Notes: generated by a model not told the origin, from the sequence alone. A DNA stretch of 64,000 nt from Myxococcota bacterium (GCA_036012755.1 DASCPX010000190.1:64001-128000); one strand, 5' to 3'. Counted from the first letter of the stretch, positions 49,967 to 60,308 are shown. Made by a program: numbers and translations.

Positions 49967-52711
49967 CTAGAAGTCGTAGGTGAGCCCGACCACGAACTCG
50001 ATCGGGTCCTGGCGGTACACGGTCACCCACCGGTTCTGCGTGTAGACGTACCCGCCACTCATCACCGCGGGCTGACGGGCGTTGAACACGTTGGAGAGCT
50101 CTGCTGATGCAGTCAGCTCGCCCTTGCGGACGTCGATGGCCTGCTGGACCTGGAGATTGAGCCAGTAGTACGGCTCGGTCCGGGTGTAGGTGCCGAGGTC
50201 CTGCTTGAGGATGGAGGAGCTGCCGTAGCCGGAGCCGTAGTAGTACCGGGACACCGGGTACCCGCTGAAGTAGAAGCCCGCGATGCCGAGGGTCGTGGTC
50301 CAGGGGTCGGTGCGCGGGATCTCCCAGGCAGCCTGGAGCTTCACCTGGTGGCGCCGGTCGGTGCCGAGGTTGCCGTAGGCGTACTCGAGCTGCGGGGGCA
50401 CGGCGATGTTCATACCACCACCGCTGAGCACCGTTCCGCGGGACACGACGTAGGAGTACGTCCCATAGAAGAGCCAGCGGTCGGCGAAGTACTTCCTCAG
50501 GTAGACGTCCGTCTGGTAGTAGTCCCGCCGGGAGACCGAGGGCGTCCGCATCCGGTAGAAGGTGTCGTAGGTGCCGTTGCCGTGGCCGATGTCACCAAAG
50601 CCGTCCTCGTCCCAGTACCAGTTGGTCTCGTCGTAGACGTGCACGTTGCGGGTGAACTTGGCGATGAAGCTGGTGCCGAGCACGATCTCGTTGACGACGA
50701 TGCGCTCACCGCCGACGGTGAACTCGTCCGAGTGGGGCGCTGTGGTCTCGTCCCAGACGCTGAAGTTGCCCGGGTCGACCGGAGAGACGCTGTATGAGTC
50801 GCCGGCCTTGTTGCCGTAGACGTCGAAGTACTCGCCGAGGAAGAGCTTGGAGCCGATGTCCCACTGGCCCTGGTAGAAGCCGGTGCCCATCGAGCCGATG
50901 CTGTTGAAGCGCCCGTAGCCGCCAGTGATCTTGGTCTGCTCGTCGCCCCAGGGATCCCAGGCCGCGTAGAAGCGAGGACCGAAGACGCCGTAGTTGAGGA
51001 AGGCCTCGTAGACATCGTTCCGCGAGATCGAGCGGTCGTAGCGAACGCCGTAGCGGAAGGTCAGGTTGTCGATCGGCTTGTAGACATCCTGGGCGAAGAC
51101 ACCGTAGTTCTCCGCGGTGGTCGTGTACCTCAGGGTGTCCGAGGTCTCGACCCAGTAGTAGTTCTCGAAGGTGTCGGGAGCGTAGGACACCACGTTGAGG
51201 TCGACGTAGTAGACGTTGCCGATGTAGCCGAGGATCCGGTTGTGCTCGTCGCTGGCTGCGGACACGCCGACCTTGAAGTCGTGGCTTCCGGGCAGGAAGG
51301 GCAATGTGCGCTGCACGAGGGAGAGCTTGGTCTGGACCTGGCGCCGGAAGCGATCGTCGAACTGGTAGAAGTAGTAGTTCTGCGAGTTGAAGGCGTTGGA
51401 CAGGCCTAGTCGACCAGGGGTCTCGAGGTCGATGGTGTTCTCGAGCTCGTCCGGATCACAGGGGTGGTAGCCGAGGTCCTGGTCGTGGGTGCAAGGCACG
51501 CCAGAGGTCTCGATGTAGCTCTTCGACCAGGTGAGCTTGGTGTCGAGGATGGCGTCCGGGGTGATGAACCAGTCCCACTGGAGCGAGGCGACCACGCCCC
51601 CCTGGGCCTGCCGCGACTGCGCGGACGGATCGACGAAGCGGTCGCCCTGCTGCAGGTTGTCGACCGTGGTCGGGTCGGTCTGCATGAAGACCTGGAAGCG
51701 GTGCGACGCGCTGGGCTGCATCGTGAGCTTGCCGAGCACGTAGTGGCCCTCGTAGTCCCGCGGCAGATCGATGCCGACGTTGGAGAGCAGTGAGCGGACG
51801 CCGCTGTAGCTGATGATGAACCAGGCCTTGTCGCGCACGATCGGGCCAGAGACCTTCGCGCCGATCCGGTAGCTCTGGGACTGGCTGTCGAAGCCGGTGG
51901 GGGCGAGCTGCACGCCGTCGGCGGCAAAGCGGGCGTCCATCTTGGGCGACCAGTTGCCGTTGGAGTAGTAGATGTTCGTCTGGAACTCGAGGGTGTTGCC
52001 GCCGGTCTCCGTGACGATGTTGACGATGCCGCCGAGGTTGGTCGGGTACTCGGCGTCGAAGGCGCCGGTGATGACCTCGAGCTGCTCGATGGCGTCGAAG
52101 TTGAAGTTCAGCGAGAACGTGCCGGTGACGGGGTCGGTGACGTTGATCCCGTCGATCATGTAGGTGTTCTCGTTGTAGGCCGCGCCCGCCATGTTGGCGT
52201 TGCCGGTCCCGATGACTCCCGGGGCCGCCTGGAGGGCCTGCAGGTAGTCACGCCCCGTCGGAACCCGCTCCAGGAAGTCCTTCGTCAGGACCGTCGACCG
52301 AGCGACCTGCTCGGTGTCGATCGCTGGCCGTTCCTCCTCGACGATGATCTCCAACTCGGCAGACTGCACGACCATCTCGATCGTCAGCGGCACCGTCTTT
52401 CCGATGAGGACCTGGATGTTCGGGTACTCCTTCGTCGCGAAGCCGGGCATCTCCGCCCGCACGAGGTAGATCCCGGCTGGGAGCTTCGTGAAGAAGAACC
52501 GACCCTGGTCGTCCGTGATCTTCTGCTGAGCGCCGCCGATCAGGTTGTCGGAGCTGATCGTGATGGTGACGCCGGGAATCTCGAGGCCGCCGTCGTCGAG
52601 CGTCACGCCCTTGATGGTGCCCGTCTGCTGCGCGTTCGCGGTGCCCGAGAAGAGCAGCGCGATGGGCAGGACGAACAGCAGGATCAGGCGCGAGAGCTTG
52701 GCCCAGGGCAT
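49967..52711 (-). CDS. TonB-dependent receptor, Oar-like, with a carboxypeptidase-regulatory-like N-domain
   Basis: GGAGG RBS; GTIKG...IPGVTITIS, ENTYMIDGINVTDP, FDAEY..LGGIVNIVT, FAQD and LTFRYGVRYD; terminal Phe. Confidence 0.92.
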   Translation of the reverse strand: MPWAKLSRLILLFVLPIALLFSGTANAQQTGTIKGVTLDDGGLEIPGVTITISSDNLIGGAQQKITDDQGRFFFTKLPAGIYLVRAEMPGFATKEYPNIQVLIGKTVPLTIEMVVQSAELEIIVEEERPAIDTEQVARSTVLTKDFLERVPTGRDYLQALQAAPGVIGTGNANMAGAAYNENTYMIDGINVTDPVTGTFSLNFNFDAIEQLEVITGAFDAEYPTNLGGIVNIVTETGGNTLEFQTNIYYSNGNWSPKMDARFAADGVQLAPTGFDSQSQSYRIGAKVSGPIVRDKAWFIISYSGVRSLLSNVGIDLPRDYEGHYVLGKLTMQPSASHRFQVFMQTDPTTVDNLQQGDRFVDPSAQSRQAQGGVVASLQWDWFITPDAILDTKLTWSKSYIETSGVPCTHDQDLGYHPCDPDELENTIDLETPGRLGLSNAFNSQNYYFYQFDDRFRRQVQTKLSLVQRTLPFLPGSHDFKVGVSAASDEHNRILGYIGNVYYVDLNVVSYAPDTFENYYWVETSDTLRYTTTAENYGVFAQDVYKPIDNLTFRYGVRYDRSISRNDVYEAFLNYGVFGPRFYAAWDPWGDEQTKITGGYGRFNSIGSMGTGFYQGQWDIGSKLFLGEYFDVYGNKAGDSYSVSPVDPGNFSVWDETTAPHSDEFTVGGERIVVNEIVLGTSFIAKFTRNVHVYDETNWYWDEDGFGDIGHGNGTYDTFYRMRTPSVSRRDYYQTDVYLRKYFADRWLFYGTYSYVVSRGTVLSGGGMNIAVPPQLEYAYGNLGTDRRHQVKLQAAWEIPRTDPWTTTLGIAGFYFSGYPVSRYYYGSGYGSSSILKQDLGTYTRTEPYYWLNLQVQQAIDVRKGELTASAELSNVFNARQPAVMSGGYVYTQNRWVTVYRQDPIEFVVGLTYDF

Positions 52712-52943
52712 GAGCCCTCCTGGGTGGGAACCGGTGAGCGGGACTGGAATACGCGACGGGGGGCAACCCGTCAACTCCAAGCGGGTGCTTTGAAGTGTCC
52801 CTGACGCCCCCGCCCGTTCACATCCGCGAGGTGCGGACACACTCATGGCCCTGAAAGAAAAACGACAGCCTCGTGCACCTATACCTTGACGCGCGCGAGA
52901 GCCGCCGACTATCCATCCGTGCTCCCGACAAGCGAGGCCCCCC

Positions 52944-53579
52944 ATGATCCGAACTCTCCTGTCCGCCGGCGCGCTCGTTCTTGCGCTTGGCGTCGCCGCC
53001 GGAGAGGCACAAGCCACGACCCTCTCGAAGCTCAGCGTCGACCAGATGACGGACGCCTCCGACCTCGTGGTTCGGGGCACCGTCACGGACATCTGGACGG
53101 CCAAGGACTCCGACGGCTGGATCTGGACCCATGCGCAGCTCGAGGTCTCGGCGGTCCTCAAGGGCGACACCGCCACCTCGGAGGTGGTCGTGAGCCAGCT
53201 CGGCGGCGTCTACATGAACACCTCGGCGCTGATCGAGGGCGCCTCGCGCTTCTCGATCGGCGAGGAGGGGATCTTCTTCCTCGTCTCCGACAAGGCCGGC
53301 ACCCGCCTCTCGCCCGCCGGCATGTGGCAGGGCAAGTACACGGTCCGGATCGACCCCGACAGCGGGCGCGAGATGGGTGTGCGCTTCCTGCTCTCCCAGG
53401 ACGCCTGGTACGACCACCGCTTCCTCCCCCACCCCCCCGTGGGTGACCGGCTCTATGTCGACGACCTCGAGGACGAGATCCTCGAGCGGGTCGCAGAGGG
53501 TTGGGATGGAGTACCGATCCCCGGTGCGGATCCTGTGAAGCTCCGCCGCATCAACAACCTTCAGCCCGGGGTCGAGTGA
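52944..53579 (+). CDS. Secreted hypothetical protein (possible protease partner/propeptide-like)
   Basis: Signal peptide; ATT...LS..QMT..SDLVVRGTV...GE..IFFL. Confidence 0.75.
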   Translation: MIRTLLSAGALVLALGVAAGEAQATTLSKLSVDQMTDASDLVVRGTVTDIWTAKDSDGWIWTHAQLEVSAVLKGDTATSEVVVSQLGGVYMNTSALIEGASRFSIGEEGIFFLVSDKAGTRLSPAGMWQGKYTVRIDPDSGREMGVRFLLSQDAWYDHRFLPHPPVGDRLYVDDLEDEILERVAEGWDGVPIPGADPVKLRRINNLQPGVE

Positions 53580-54976
53580 TGACCGCGCTTCTGCTGCTGT
53601 TCTCCGGCGAGGCCCAGGCCTTCAACCACACGGGCTGGATGTGGGGCCCCGACCAGCTCCCGATCGTCTTCTACGTCACGGACTACCTGGAGGACTCGCT
53701 CCCCCAGACGCCGAACCCGGAGACGGGCTGGATGTACCAGGAAGAGGTCATCGTCAAGGGCTTCTGCAACTGGCACTTCGGCCCCTACTGCGAGAGCGTC
53801 GCCCCAGGCGCGGACAACGGCCTCGATGCCCGCTTCATCGTGCACCCCGACGCCACCTGTGCCGACATCCCGATCGAGTACGGCGGCATCAGCCCCGGAA
53901 ACGAGGGCGCCAACGCCGACGATCCGCGCCCGAAGATCTACTGGGACGATCCGAAGGACAACATGGACGTCGGGACGAACGCGGTCACCTACACGGTGTC
54001 GGATGGCTCGACCGTGAAGATCGTCCTCGGCCAGTCCATCAAAGGCGTGCAGAACAGCGACATCGTCTTCAACGACAACATCGACTGGAGTCCCGACTGG
54101 GAGATCGCTGACGGCTGCCAGGGTGACGAGCGCTCCGTCGAGTCCACCGGCACCCACGAGATCGGCCACCTCCTCGGCATGGGGCACTCCTGTGAGCAGG
54201 GCGAGCTCTGCGTCGACAGCGACTTCCTCGAGGCGACGATGTTCTGGTCGGGGGGCGGCTGCAACACCGACCGCTCCGGCATCAACGACGACGACATCGC
54301 CGGCATCCAGGCGCTCTACGGCCCCTACGTGAGCTGGGACACGACCGAGGACACGGTCCGCTACGGTCCGAAGCCGCTCGAGGCATGCGTCGAGGTGACC
54401 GCCGACGAAGACACGTTGGTGACCATCACCGACATCGAGTGGGACTTCGGAGACGGAACCGCGAGCGAGACCGGAGAGACTCCCTGCCACACCTACGAGA
54501 GCGAAGGCCAGTTCACCGTGACCATGAACGCGACCGGCGATGATCCGGACTGCGGCGAGTGGACGGTCGCCCAGAAGAAGCGCGCAGAGTTCCTCGTCTG
54601 CGAGCTGCCCCGCCCCGGCTTCGAGGTCCAGCACTACGACGGCCTCGTCTACCAGATCGTGAACCAGACAGAGGTCACCACCTACGGCTGCGTCGACGGC
54701 GTCCAGTGGCAGATCTACAAGGGCGGAGCGGACGGAGAGCCACTCCAGAGCCTCGAGGCCTGGTCCCCGAAGATCGAGTTCCCTGGAGAGGGCGAGTACA
54801 CGATCGTGCTCACCGCACAGGGCCCCGCCGGTGAAGAGGTCCACGAGGTCAAGGTCACCGCAGAGGACCTCAAGGGTGACGTCACGGGCCGCAGCTGCTC
54901 CACCGCGACCGGCGGTGTGGCTGGCTTCGGCGCCATGCTGATGGCCCTGGCGCTGGTCTTCCGCCGCCGCGATTGA
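53579..54976 (+). CDS. Matrixin-family zinc metalloprotease with PKD domains and a MYXO-CTERM-like anchor
   Basis: HEIGHLLGMGH, ATM Met-turn, WDFGDG; C-terminus SCSTA...LALVFRRRD. Confidence 0.9.
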   Translation: MTALLLLFSGEAQAFNHTGWMWGPDQLPIVFYVTDYLEDSLPQTPNPETGWMYQEEVIVKGFCNWHFGPYCESVAPGADNGLDARFIVHPDATCADIPIEYGGISPGNEGANADDPRPKIYWDDPKDNMDVGTNAVTYTVSDGSTVKIVLGQSIKGVQNSDIVFNDNIDWSPDWEIADGCQGDERSVESTGTHEIGHLLGMGHSCEQGELCVDSDFLEATMFWSGGGCNTDRSGINDDDIAGIQALYGPYVSWDTTEDTVRYGPKPLEACVEVTADEDTLVTITDIEWDFGDGTASETGETPCHTYESEGQFTVTMNATGDDPDCGEWTVAQKKRAEFLVCELPRPGFEVQHYDGLVYQIVNQTEVTTYGCVDGVQWQIYKGGADGEPLQSLEAWSPKIEFPGEGEYTIVLTAQGPAGEEVHEVKVTAEDLKGDVTGRSCSTATGGVAGFGAMLMALALVFRRRD

Positions 54977-57429
54977 CCTGGCTTTTGCTGGCCTGTACCG
55001 GAGGCGTGCCCGAGGGTGCGCCTCCGCTGCCTTCGGAGCAGGCCGGGGAACCCATCGCCTTCGCACGGGTGGCTGGCAACCCGGCTGACTTGACCGTCCC
55101 GACCAACACGCGGCCGGGGCCCAAGGTGCCGGCCGAGCTCCCGCTGATGGGTCCCTTCGAGGCCATCCGCACGGTCGAGGGCGTGACCCACTGGGAGGCG
55201 CCGCTGCCGATCCGCCCCCGGGCGCTGTTCTTCAGCAAGCCCGCGCCGGAGATGAAGGTCCGCCGCGGCAAGCTGCGGCTCTCCTACGACCGCTCCATAT
55301 CCTCCACGAAGCCCGGTACGTGGCGCTACTACGAAGAGCGCATCGTGATCCGCACCGACGACGGCGAGCCCGAGCCGGGGGAGTACGTCCTTCGCTACCC
55401 CAAGGCCACCAAGCGCGAGCGAGGGCTTCACTGGGACACGTGGAAGGGCGACAACCCCGACGGCGACCACCTGGGCTTCGTCCAGCGCAGCCTGCAGCTG
55501 GGCAGGGACACGCGGACCGGCCTGCTCCTACCGACCCCGTCGACCGCCGGTTGGTCGGTGGAGCTCCCCCCGAACGCGACGCTCCAGCTCGACGGCGTCG
55601 TGCTGCCTCCAGAGGCCTTCGACGGAGTCCACCGCTCGGACGGCGCCACGCTCGTCGTAGAGGTGATCGTGGGCGAGACCACTGACGAGGTCCTCCGCAC
55701 CAGGCTCGAGGTCGGGCAGTGGGAGCCCCTGTCCGTCGATCTCTCCGACCACGCCGGCCGGATCGCCACGGTCCGCTTCTCGACAGAGGACGAGACCGCG
55801 GACCTGGACTTCGTCTTCCTCGCCGAGCCGACCGTGTTCACGCCGAAGCAGGATCCCGAGCGGCTGCTCCTGGTCTTCCTCGACACCCTGCGCGCGGACC
55901 ACCTCGGGGTCTACGGCTACGACAGGGACACCTCGCCACGACTCGACGCCTGGGCAGAGGACGCCGTGGTCTTCGAGCAGGCGAGGAGCGTCGCCCCGTG
56001 GACCCTGCCCTCCGCCCGCTCGGCGCTCACCGGTCGTCAGCCGGAGTTCTGGCCCGCCGAGTTCGGCCCCGCCCTTCCAGAGGTCCTCGCCGCACACGGC
56101 TGGGCCACCGCCGCCTACGTGGGCAACATCTACCTCAGCTCGAACTTCGACATGAGCCGCGGCTGGAGCGAATACGGCTGCGTGAACTGGCCGATCATCG
56201 ACGACCAGATCAAGCGGGCGAAGGCCTTCGTCGAGCGCTACCCGACCCGAGACGTGGCGATCATGCTCCACACGATGGACATGCACCTGCCCTACACAGA
56301 GCCTCGCTCGTACCGGCAGCGATGGGCGAAGGAGCCCCCCGCCGGCCTCGACGAGGACAGCCAGCGCCGCTCGATCACCTCGGCCGTGAAGAAGGACAAG
56401 GAAGCGGTCCGGGACTGGGTCATCGGGCGCTACGACCAGAACATCGCCTACACGGACGACGCTCTCTCGGACTTCCTCGAGTGGATCGAGGCCGACACCG
56501 TCGTGATCTTCGCGGACCACGGCGAGGAGTTCTGGGATCACGGCGAGTTCGAGCACGGCCACGCCCTCTACGAGGAGCTGCTCCACATCCCGCTGATGGT
56601 GAAGGACGACGAGCTCCCGAGCGGCCGGGTGGCCGAGCCCGTGAGCATCCAGGACATCACCCCGACGGTGCTCGACCTGCTCGACCTGCCGATCCATCCA
56701 GGCGTCACCGGCACCTCGCTGGTGCCAGCTGCGGAGGGTGACGCAGAGGCCCTCGCCGCACTGCGCGAGCGCCCCCACAGCGCAGGCCGGCCTCTCTACG
56801 GCAAGGAGCGCTGGGGCGTCATCGCCCAGAACCTCAAGTGGATGACCCACCGCGGAGACGAAGAACTCTACGACCTCGCGACGGACCCCCTCGAGAAGGA
56901 CGACCTCTCCGATCGAGCACCGACGGAGCCCCTGCGGGCCGCCTTCGCCGAGGGCCTCGGCCAGCCCGCACCGCTGAGTTGGCGCGTAGAGGCCGGCAAG
57001 ACCTCCGTGAAGGAGCCCACGACGGTGCACTTCCACCACCCGGCGGGCTTCGGTGAGGCCTGGCTGGGGCAGGATCCGCTGAAGGCCTCGAAGATGACGC
57101 TAGCGCTCGAGGAGGGCGTCGTCCACGTCACCTTCCACCCGGGGAAGTCCAACGCGAGGGAGATCTACCTGGTGCCGAACGAGCCCGGTCAGGCGGGCTT
57201 CCGCATCGCCTATGCAGACGCCGAGTTCGTCGTCGCCGAAGACGCTGCGGCGCCAGAGGACAACGGCACCGGGCGCGCATTCGTGAACGAAAAGGTCGGC
57301 AAGCGCAGCTTCAAGGTGGGCTACGCGGTGGCCCCCGTCCCATCGGAGGGCATGCAGCTCGTAGGCGTGGACGCGGAGCTCGAAGAGGCCCTCAGGGCCA
57401 TGGGCTACCAGGTCGGAGAAGACGAGTAG
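54973..57429 (+). CDS. Sulfatase-like (alkaline phosphatase superfamily) lipoprotein
   Basis: DTLRADHLG.YGY.R.TSP, APWTLPS, DHGEEF and EELYDL..DP.E; C-terminal LRAMGY. Confidence 0.88.
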   Translation: MTWLLLACTGGVPEGAPPLPSEQAGEPIAFARVAGNPADLTVPTNTRPGPKVPAELPLMGPFEAIRTVEGVTHWEAPLPIRPRALFFSKPAPEMKVRRGKLRLSYDRSISSTKPGTWRYYEERIVIRTDDGEPEPGEYVLRYPKATKRERGLHWDTWKGDNPDGDHLGFVQRSLQLGRDTRTGLLLPTPSTAGWSVELPPNATLQLDGVVLPPEAFDGVHRSDGATLVVEVIVGETTDEVLRTRLEVGQWEPLSVDLSDHAGRIATVRFSTEDETADLDFVFLAEPTVFTPKQDPERLLLVFLDTLRADHLGVYGYDRDTSPRLDAWAEDAVVFEQARSVAPWTLPSARSALTGRQPEFWPAEFGPALPEVLAAHGWATAAYVGNIYLSSNFDMSRGWSEYGCVNWPIIDDQIKRAKAFVERYPTRDVAIMLHTMDMHLPYTEPRSYRQRWAKEPPAGLDEDSQRRSITSAVKKDKEAVRDWVIGRYDQNIAYTDDALSDFLEWIEADTVVIFADHGEEFWDHGEFEHGHALYEELLHIPLMVKDDELPSGRVAEPVSIQDITPTVLDLLDLPIHPGVTGTSLVPAAEGDAEALAALRERPHSAGRPLYGKERWGVIAQNLKWMTHRGDEELYDLATDPLEKDDLSDRAPTEPLRAAFAEGLGQPAPLSWRVEAGKTSVKEPTTVHFHHPAGFGEAWLGQDPLKASKMTLALEEGVVHVTFHPGKSNAREIYLVPNEPGQAGFRIAYADAEFVVAEDAAAPEDNGTGRAFVNEKVGKRSFKVGYAVAPVPSEGMQLVGVDAELEEALRAMGYQVGEDE

Positions 57430-57431
57430 AC

Positions 57432-57650
57432 CTATCCCTCCCGCTTCACCAAGGGCTGGAGGCCCTTCGCGTCGAGCCGGGACAGCAGCTCCTTCATGCG
57501 CGCCGGGTCCACGACGAGCTCGGTCTCCGACAGGACCCCGAGCACGTAGTCGTCCAGCGGCACGACCGCGCGGATCTCGTCCAGCACCTTCGGGTCGCTC
57601 ACCCTGAGCACAGCGACGTTCCTGTGCACGATCTCTCCGCGCCCCTTCAC
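57432..57650 (-). CDS. Small hypothetical protein coupled to the XPB gene
   Basis: GTGA overlap with the helicase stop; VLRVSDPKVLDEI...LLSRLDAKGLQP. Confidence 0.7.
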   Translation of the reverse strand: MKGRGEIVHRNVAVLRVSDPKVLDEIRAVVPLDDYVLGVLSETELVVDPARMKELLSRLDAKGLQPLVKREG

Positions 57651-59314
57651 TGGGGGAGCTCGATCACGTAGGCGTAGCCTTGCTCGGTGAGGAAGAGCTG
57701 CCGCTTCTCCGCGAAGATCTGCTCGGTGGAGTCCCGCGTCACGAGCGTGTAGAAGTGGGCCCGGTTGTCGCCGGGCTTCGGCCGCAGGATGCGCCCCAGG
57801 CGCTGGGCCTCCTCCTGGCGTGATCCCCAGGTGCCGGAGACCTGGATCGCGACGCTGGCATCTGGCAGGTCGACCGAGAAGTTGCCGACCTTGGACACCA
57901 CCATCACGGGCTCGCCCCCCCTTCGGAAGGACTCGAAGAGCTCGTCACGCCGCTTCTGCGGAGTCTTGCCGGTCACCAGGGGCAGCTTCCAGCGCCGCGC
58001 GATCCACTCCAGCTGGTCGAGGTACATGCCCAGGATGAGGACCTTGTCCTCCTGGTGCTTTGCCAGGAGCTTCTCGACCATCGCTCCCTTCCTGGCGTTG
58101 GTGGCCGCGATGCGGAACTTCTCCCTGTCGTCCGAGGTGGCGTAGCGCAGGCGGTCCTCGTCGGAGAAGCCGATGCGGATCTCGGTGCAGCTGGCCGAGG
58201 CGATCCAGCCCTGGTGCTCGAGGTCCTTCCAGGGCATGTCGAAGCGCTTGGGGCCGATGAGCGCGAAGACATCGCCCTGCTTCCCGTCCTCTCGGACCAG
58301 CGTCGCGGTGAGGCCCATTCGCCGCCTCGCCTGCAACAGCGCGACGGTGCGGAACACAGGCGCCGGCAGCAGGTGGACCTCGTCGTAGATGACGAGGCCC
58401 CAGCGAGCGTCGTCGAAGAGGCCGAAGTGGACGAAGTCGTCGGTCTTGGAGCGGCGGTAGGTGAGGATCTGGTAGGTCGAGAGCGTCACCGGGCGGATCT
58501 GCTTGGTAGCCCCCGAGTACTCGCCGATGTCGTCCTCGGTCAGGGTGGTCTTGTCGAGGAGCTCGGTCCGCCACTGGCGGAGCGCCGTGACGTTGGTGCA
58601 GAGGACCAGCGTGCGCATGCCGAGCCTGGCCATCGCAGCCAGCCCGACCATGGTCTTGCCGGCCCCGCAAGGCAGCACGACGACGCCGCTCCCGCCCTCG
58701 ATTCCGTCCCCGTAGAAGGCATCCACCGCGTGGACCTGGTAGTCGCGAAGACCGAAGCGCTCGCCGGAGAGCCCGATGTCGCGGAGGCCCATGACGAGGG
58801 CCTCTCCATCGACGTAGCCCACCCGATCCTGGACGGGGTGGCCGATCCTGAGGAGCACCTGCTTGAGCAGGCCGCGGTCGTCGACCGCCACGAGGCTGCG
58901 GAGCTCGTCGAGCTCCGGACCGAGCAGATCCCGGACCGTCTTCGTGTGGCGGATCTCGGTCATCAGGAGGTGGTCGAGGGCCTCGAGGACCAGGCCCCGG
59001 TCGTGCGGCAACAGCTGCAGCCTCCCGTAGCGCCCCATCGTCTCCCGGATCCAGACCGGGACGTTCGGGGGCACCTCGTACTTGGACCAGGTCTCGAGGA
59101 CCTCGACGACATCGTCGACAGGCACACCTGCGGCGGCCGCGTTCCAGAGCGACAGGGGCGTGAGCCGGTAGCTGTGCACGTACTCCGGGCTCTTCACGAG
59201 CTCCGCGAAGCGGACGAGGGCGTCCCGCACCTCCTTGAAGTGAGGGCCCATCGTCTCCAAGAGGAGCGTGTGGTCCGACTGGACGATCAGCGGGTTCTCG
59301 GGGAAGTAGCGCAC
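57647..59314 (-). CDS. XPB/Ssl2/Rad25-like SF2 DNA helicase
   Basis: PLIVQSD.TLLLE, LRDYQ, LPCGAGKT, DEVH, LTATLVREDG and QEEAQRLGRILR. Confidence 0.95.
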   Translation of the reverse strand: MRYFPENPLIVQSDHTLLLETMGPHFKEVRDALVRFAELVKSPEYVHSYRLTPLSLWNAAAAGVPVDDVVEVLETWSKYEVPPNVPVWIRETMGRYGRLQLLPHDRGLVLEALDHLLMTEIRHTKTVRDLLGPELDELRSLVAVDDRGLLKQVLLRIGHPVQDRVGYVDGEALVMGLRDIGLSGERFGLRDYQVHAVDAFYGDGIEGGSGVVVLPCGAGKTMVGLAAMARLGMRTLVLCTNVTALRQWRTELLDKTTLTEDDIGEYSGATKQIRPVTLSTYQILTYRRSKTDDFVHFGLFDDARWGLVIYDEVHLLPAPVFRTVALLQARRRMGLTATLVREDGKQGDVFALIGPKRFDMPWKDLEHQGWIASASCTEIRIGFSDEDRLRYATSDDREKFRIAATNARKGAMVEKLLAKHQEDKVLILGMYLDQLEWIARRWKLPLVTGKTPQKRRDELFESFRRGGEPVMVVSKVGNFSVDLPDASVAIQVSGTWGSRQEEAQRLGRILRPKPGDNRAHFYTLVTRDSTEQIFAEKRQLFLTEQGYAYVIELPQ

Positions 59315-59373
59315 AACCGGGCGATTCTACGATCCGGGCAATATGAACGAGGGGGCTGCGTTGTGGTGGACAC

Positions 59374-59919
59374 ATGACAGACGCCTTGCTCATCGCGGAT
59401 CACCTCGCCGGCAACCCCGGCGCGCTGGAGACGCTGATCGCCCGCCACAGGGGGCCGCTGATGGGCTTCCTGCGGTCCCGCGTCGGTGAACAGAGCGCCC
59501 AGGACCTCCACCAGGAGCTGTGGACTCGGGTCAGCAGGAGCCTCGAACGCTACGTCGACACCGGGCGATTCCGTGCCTATCTCTTCACCTCCGCGCGACG
59601 GCTGGTCATCGACCATCACCGGCGCGGCGAGGCTCGACCCAAGCTGGTCTCCCTGGAGGTCGAGCGGGCCGGGCGAGCGTCTCCCGCCAGCGACCTGGCA
59701 CACCGGGAGCTGCTCGAGGCTGTCGAGATCGCGCTGTCGGAGCTCGATCCGCCCACCGCCGAGGTGGTGCGAATGAGGCTCGGAGAGAACCTCTCGTTCA
59801 AGGAGATCGCGGCGCATCAGGACGCTCGTCTCAACACGGTGCTCTCGCGAATGCACCGCGGTCTCAGGCGCCTGCGCGGCGCGCTGTCGGAACACTCGAT
59901 TCCACTGGAGGCAGGATGA
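59374..59919 (+). CDS. ECF RNA polymerase sigma factor
   Basis: AQDLHQELW, FRAYLF, LSFKEIA and TVLSRMHRG. Confidence 0.92.
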   Translation: MTDALLIADHLAGNPGALETLIARHRGPLMGFLRSRVGEQSAQDLHQELWTRVSRSLERYVDTGRFRAYLFTSARRLVIDHHRRGEARPKLVSLEVERAGRASPASDLAHRELLEAVEIALSELDPPTAEVVRMRLGENLSFKEIAAHQDARLNTVLSRMHRGLRRLRGALSEHSIPLEAG

Positions 59920-60308
59920 GCTGTCCCCGTAACGAACAAGTCGTCGCCTACCTCTTCGGAGAGGAGCAGGACGGCTTCGCCGACCACCTCGCCGGCTGCG
60001 AGGCCTGCCAGGAAGCCCTGGCAGACGCCGCGGAGTCCGTCGACGCCATCGCCCCCGCCTTCCACCCGAAGGACCTCGTCGAGACCGACAAGATCCCGGA
60101 CGTCGTCGCGCGAAAGGGGGCCGCGAACTGGCCGCTGTTGGTCGCGGCTGTCCTTGGACTGGCCGCCGCGGTGATGGTGGCGGTCCGACCCTTCGAAGCC
60201 CCGGTCGTCGTCGAACCCGACGTCAGCTGGGAAGAACCACTGGAGATCGAGCTCGACGCCCTGTCGGCGGAGCTCGACGACCTCGAGATCGACCTGGAGG
60301 AGCTGTGA
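59916..60308 (+). CDS. Zinc-binding (ZAS) transmembrane anti-sigma factor
   Basis: HLAGCEAC (HxxxCxxC) plus one TM helix; coupled to the sigma gene. Confidence 0.85.
   Translation: MSCPRNEQVVAYLFGEEQDGFADHLAGCEACQEALADAAESVDAIAPAFHPKDLVETDKIPDVVARKGAANWPLLVAAVLGLAAAVMVAVRPFEAPVVVEPDVSWEEPLEIELDALSAELDDLEIDLEEL

Noticed and set aside
52886..52915. TTGACG...TATCCA promoter candidate
   Set aside because: The -10 match is too weak to call without TSS data.
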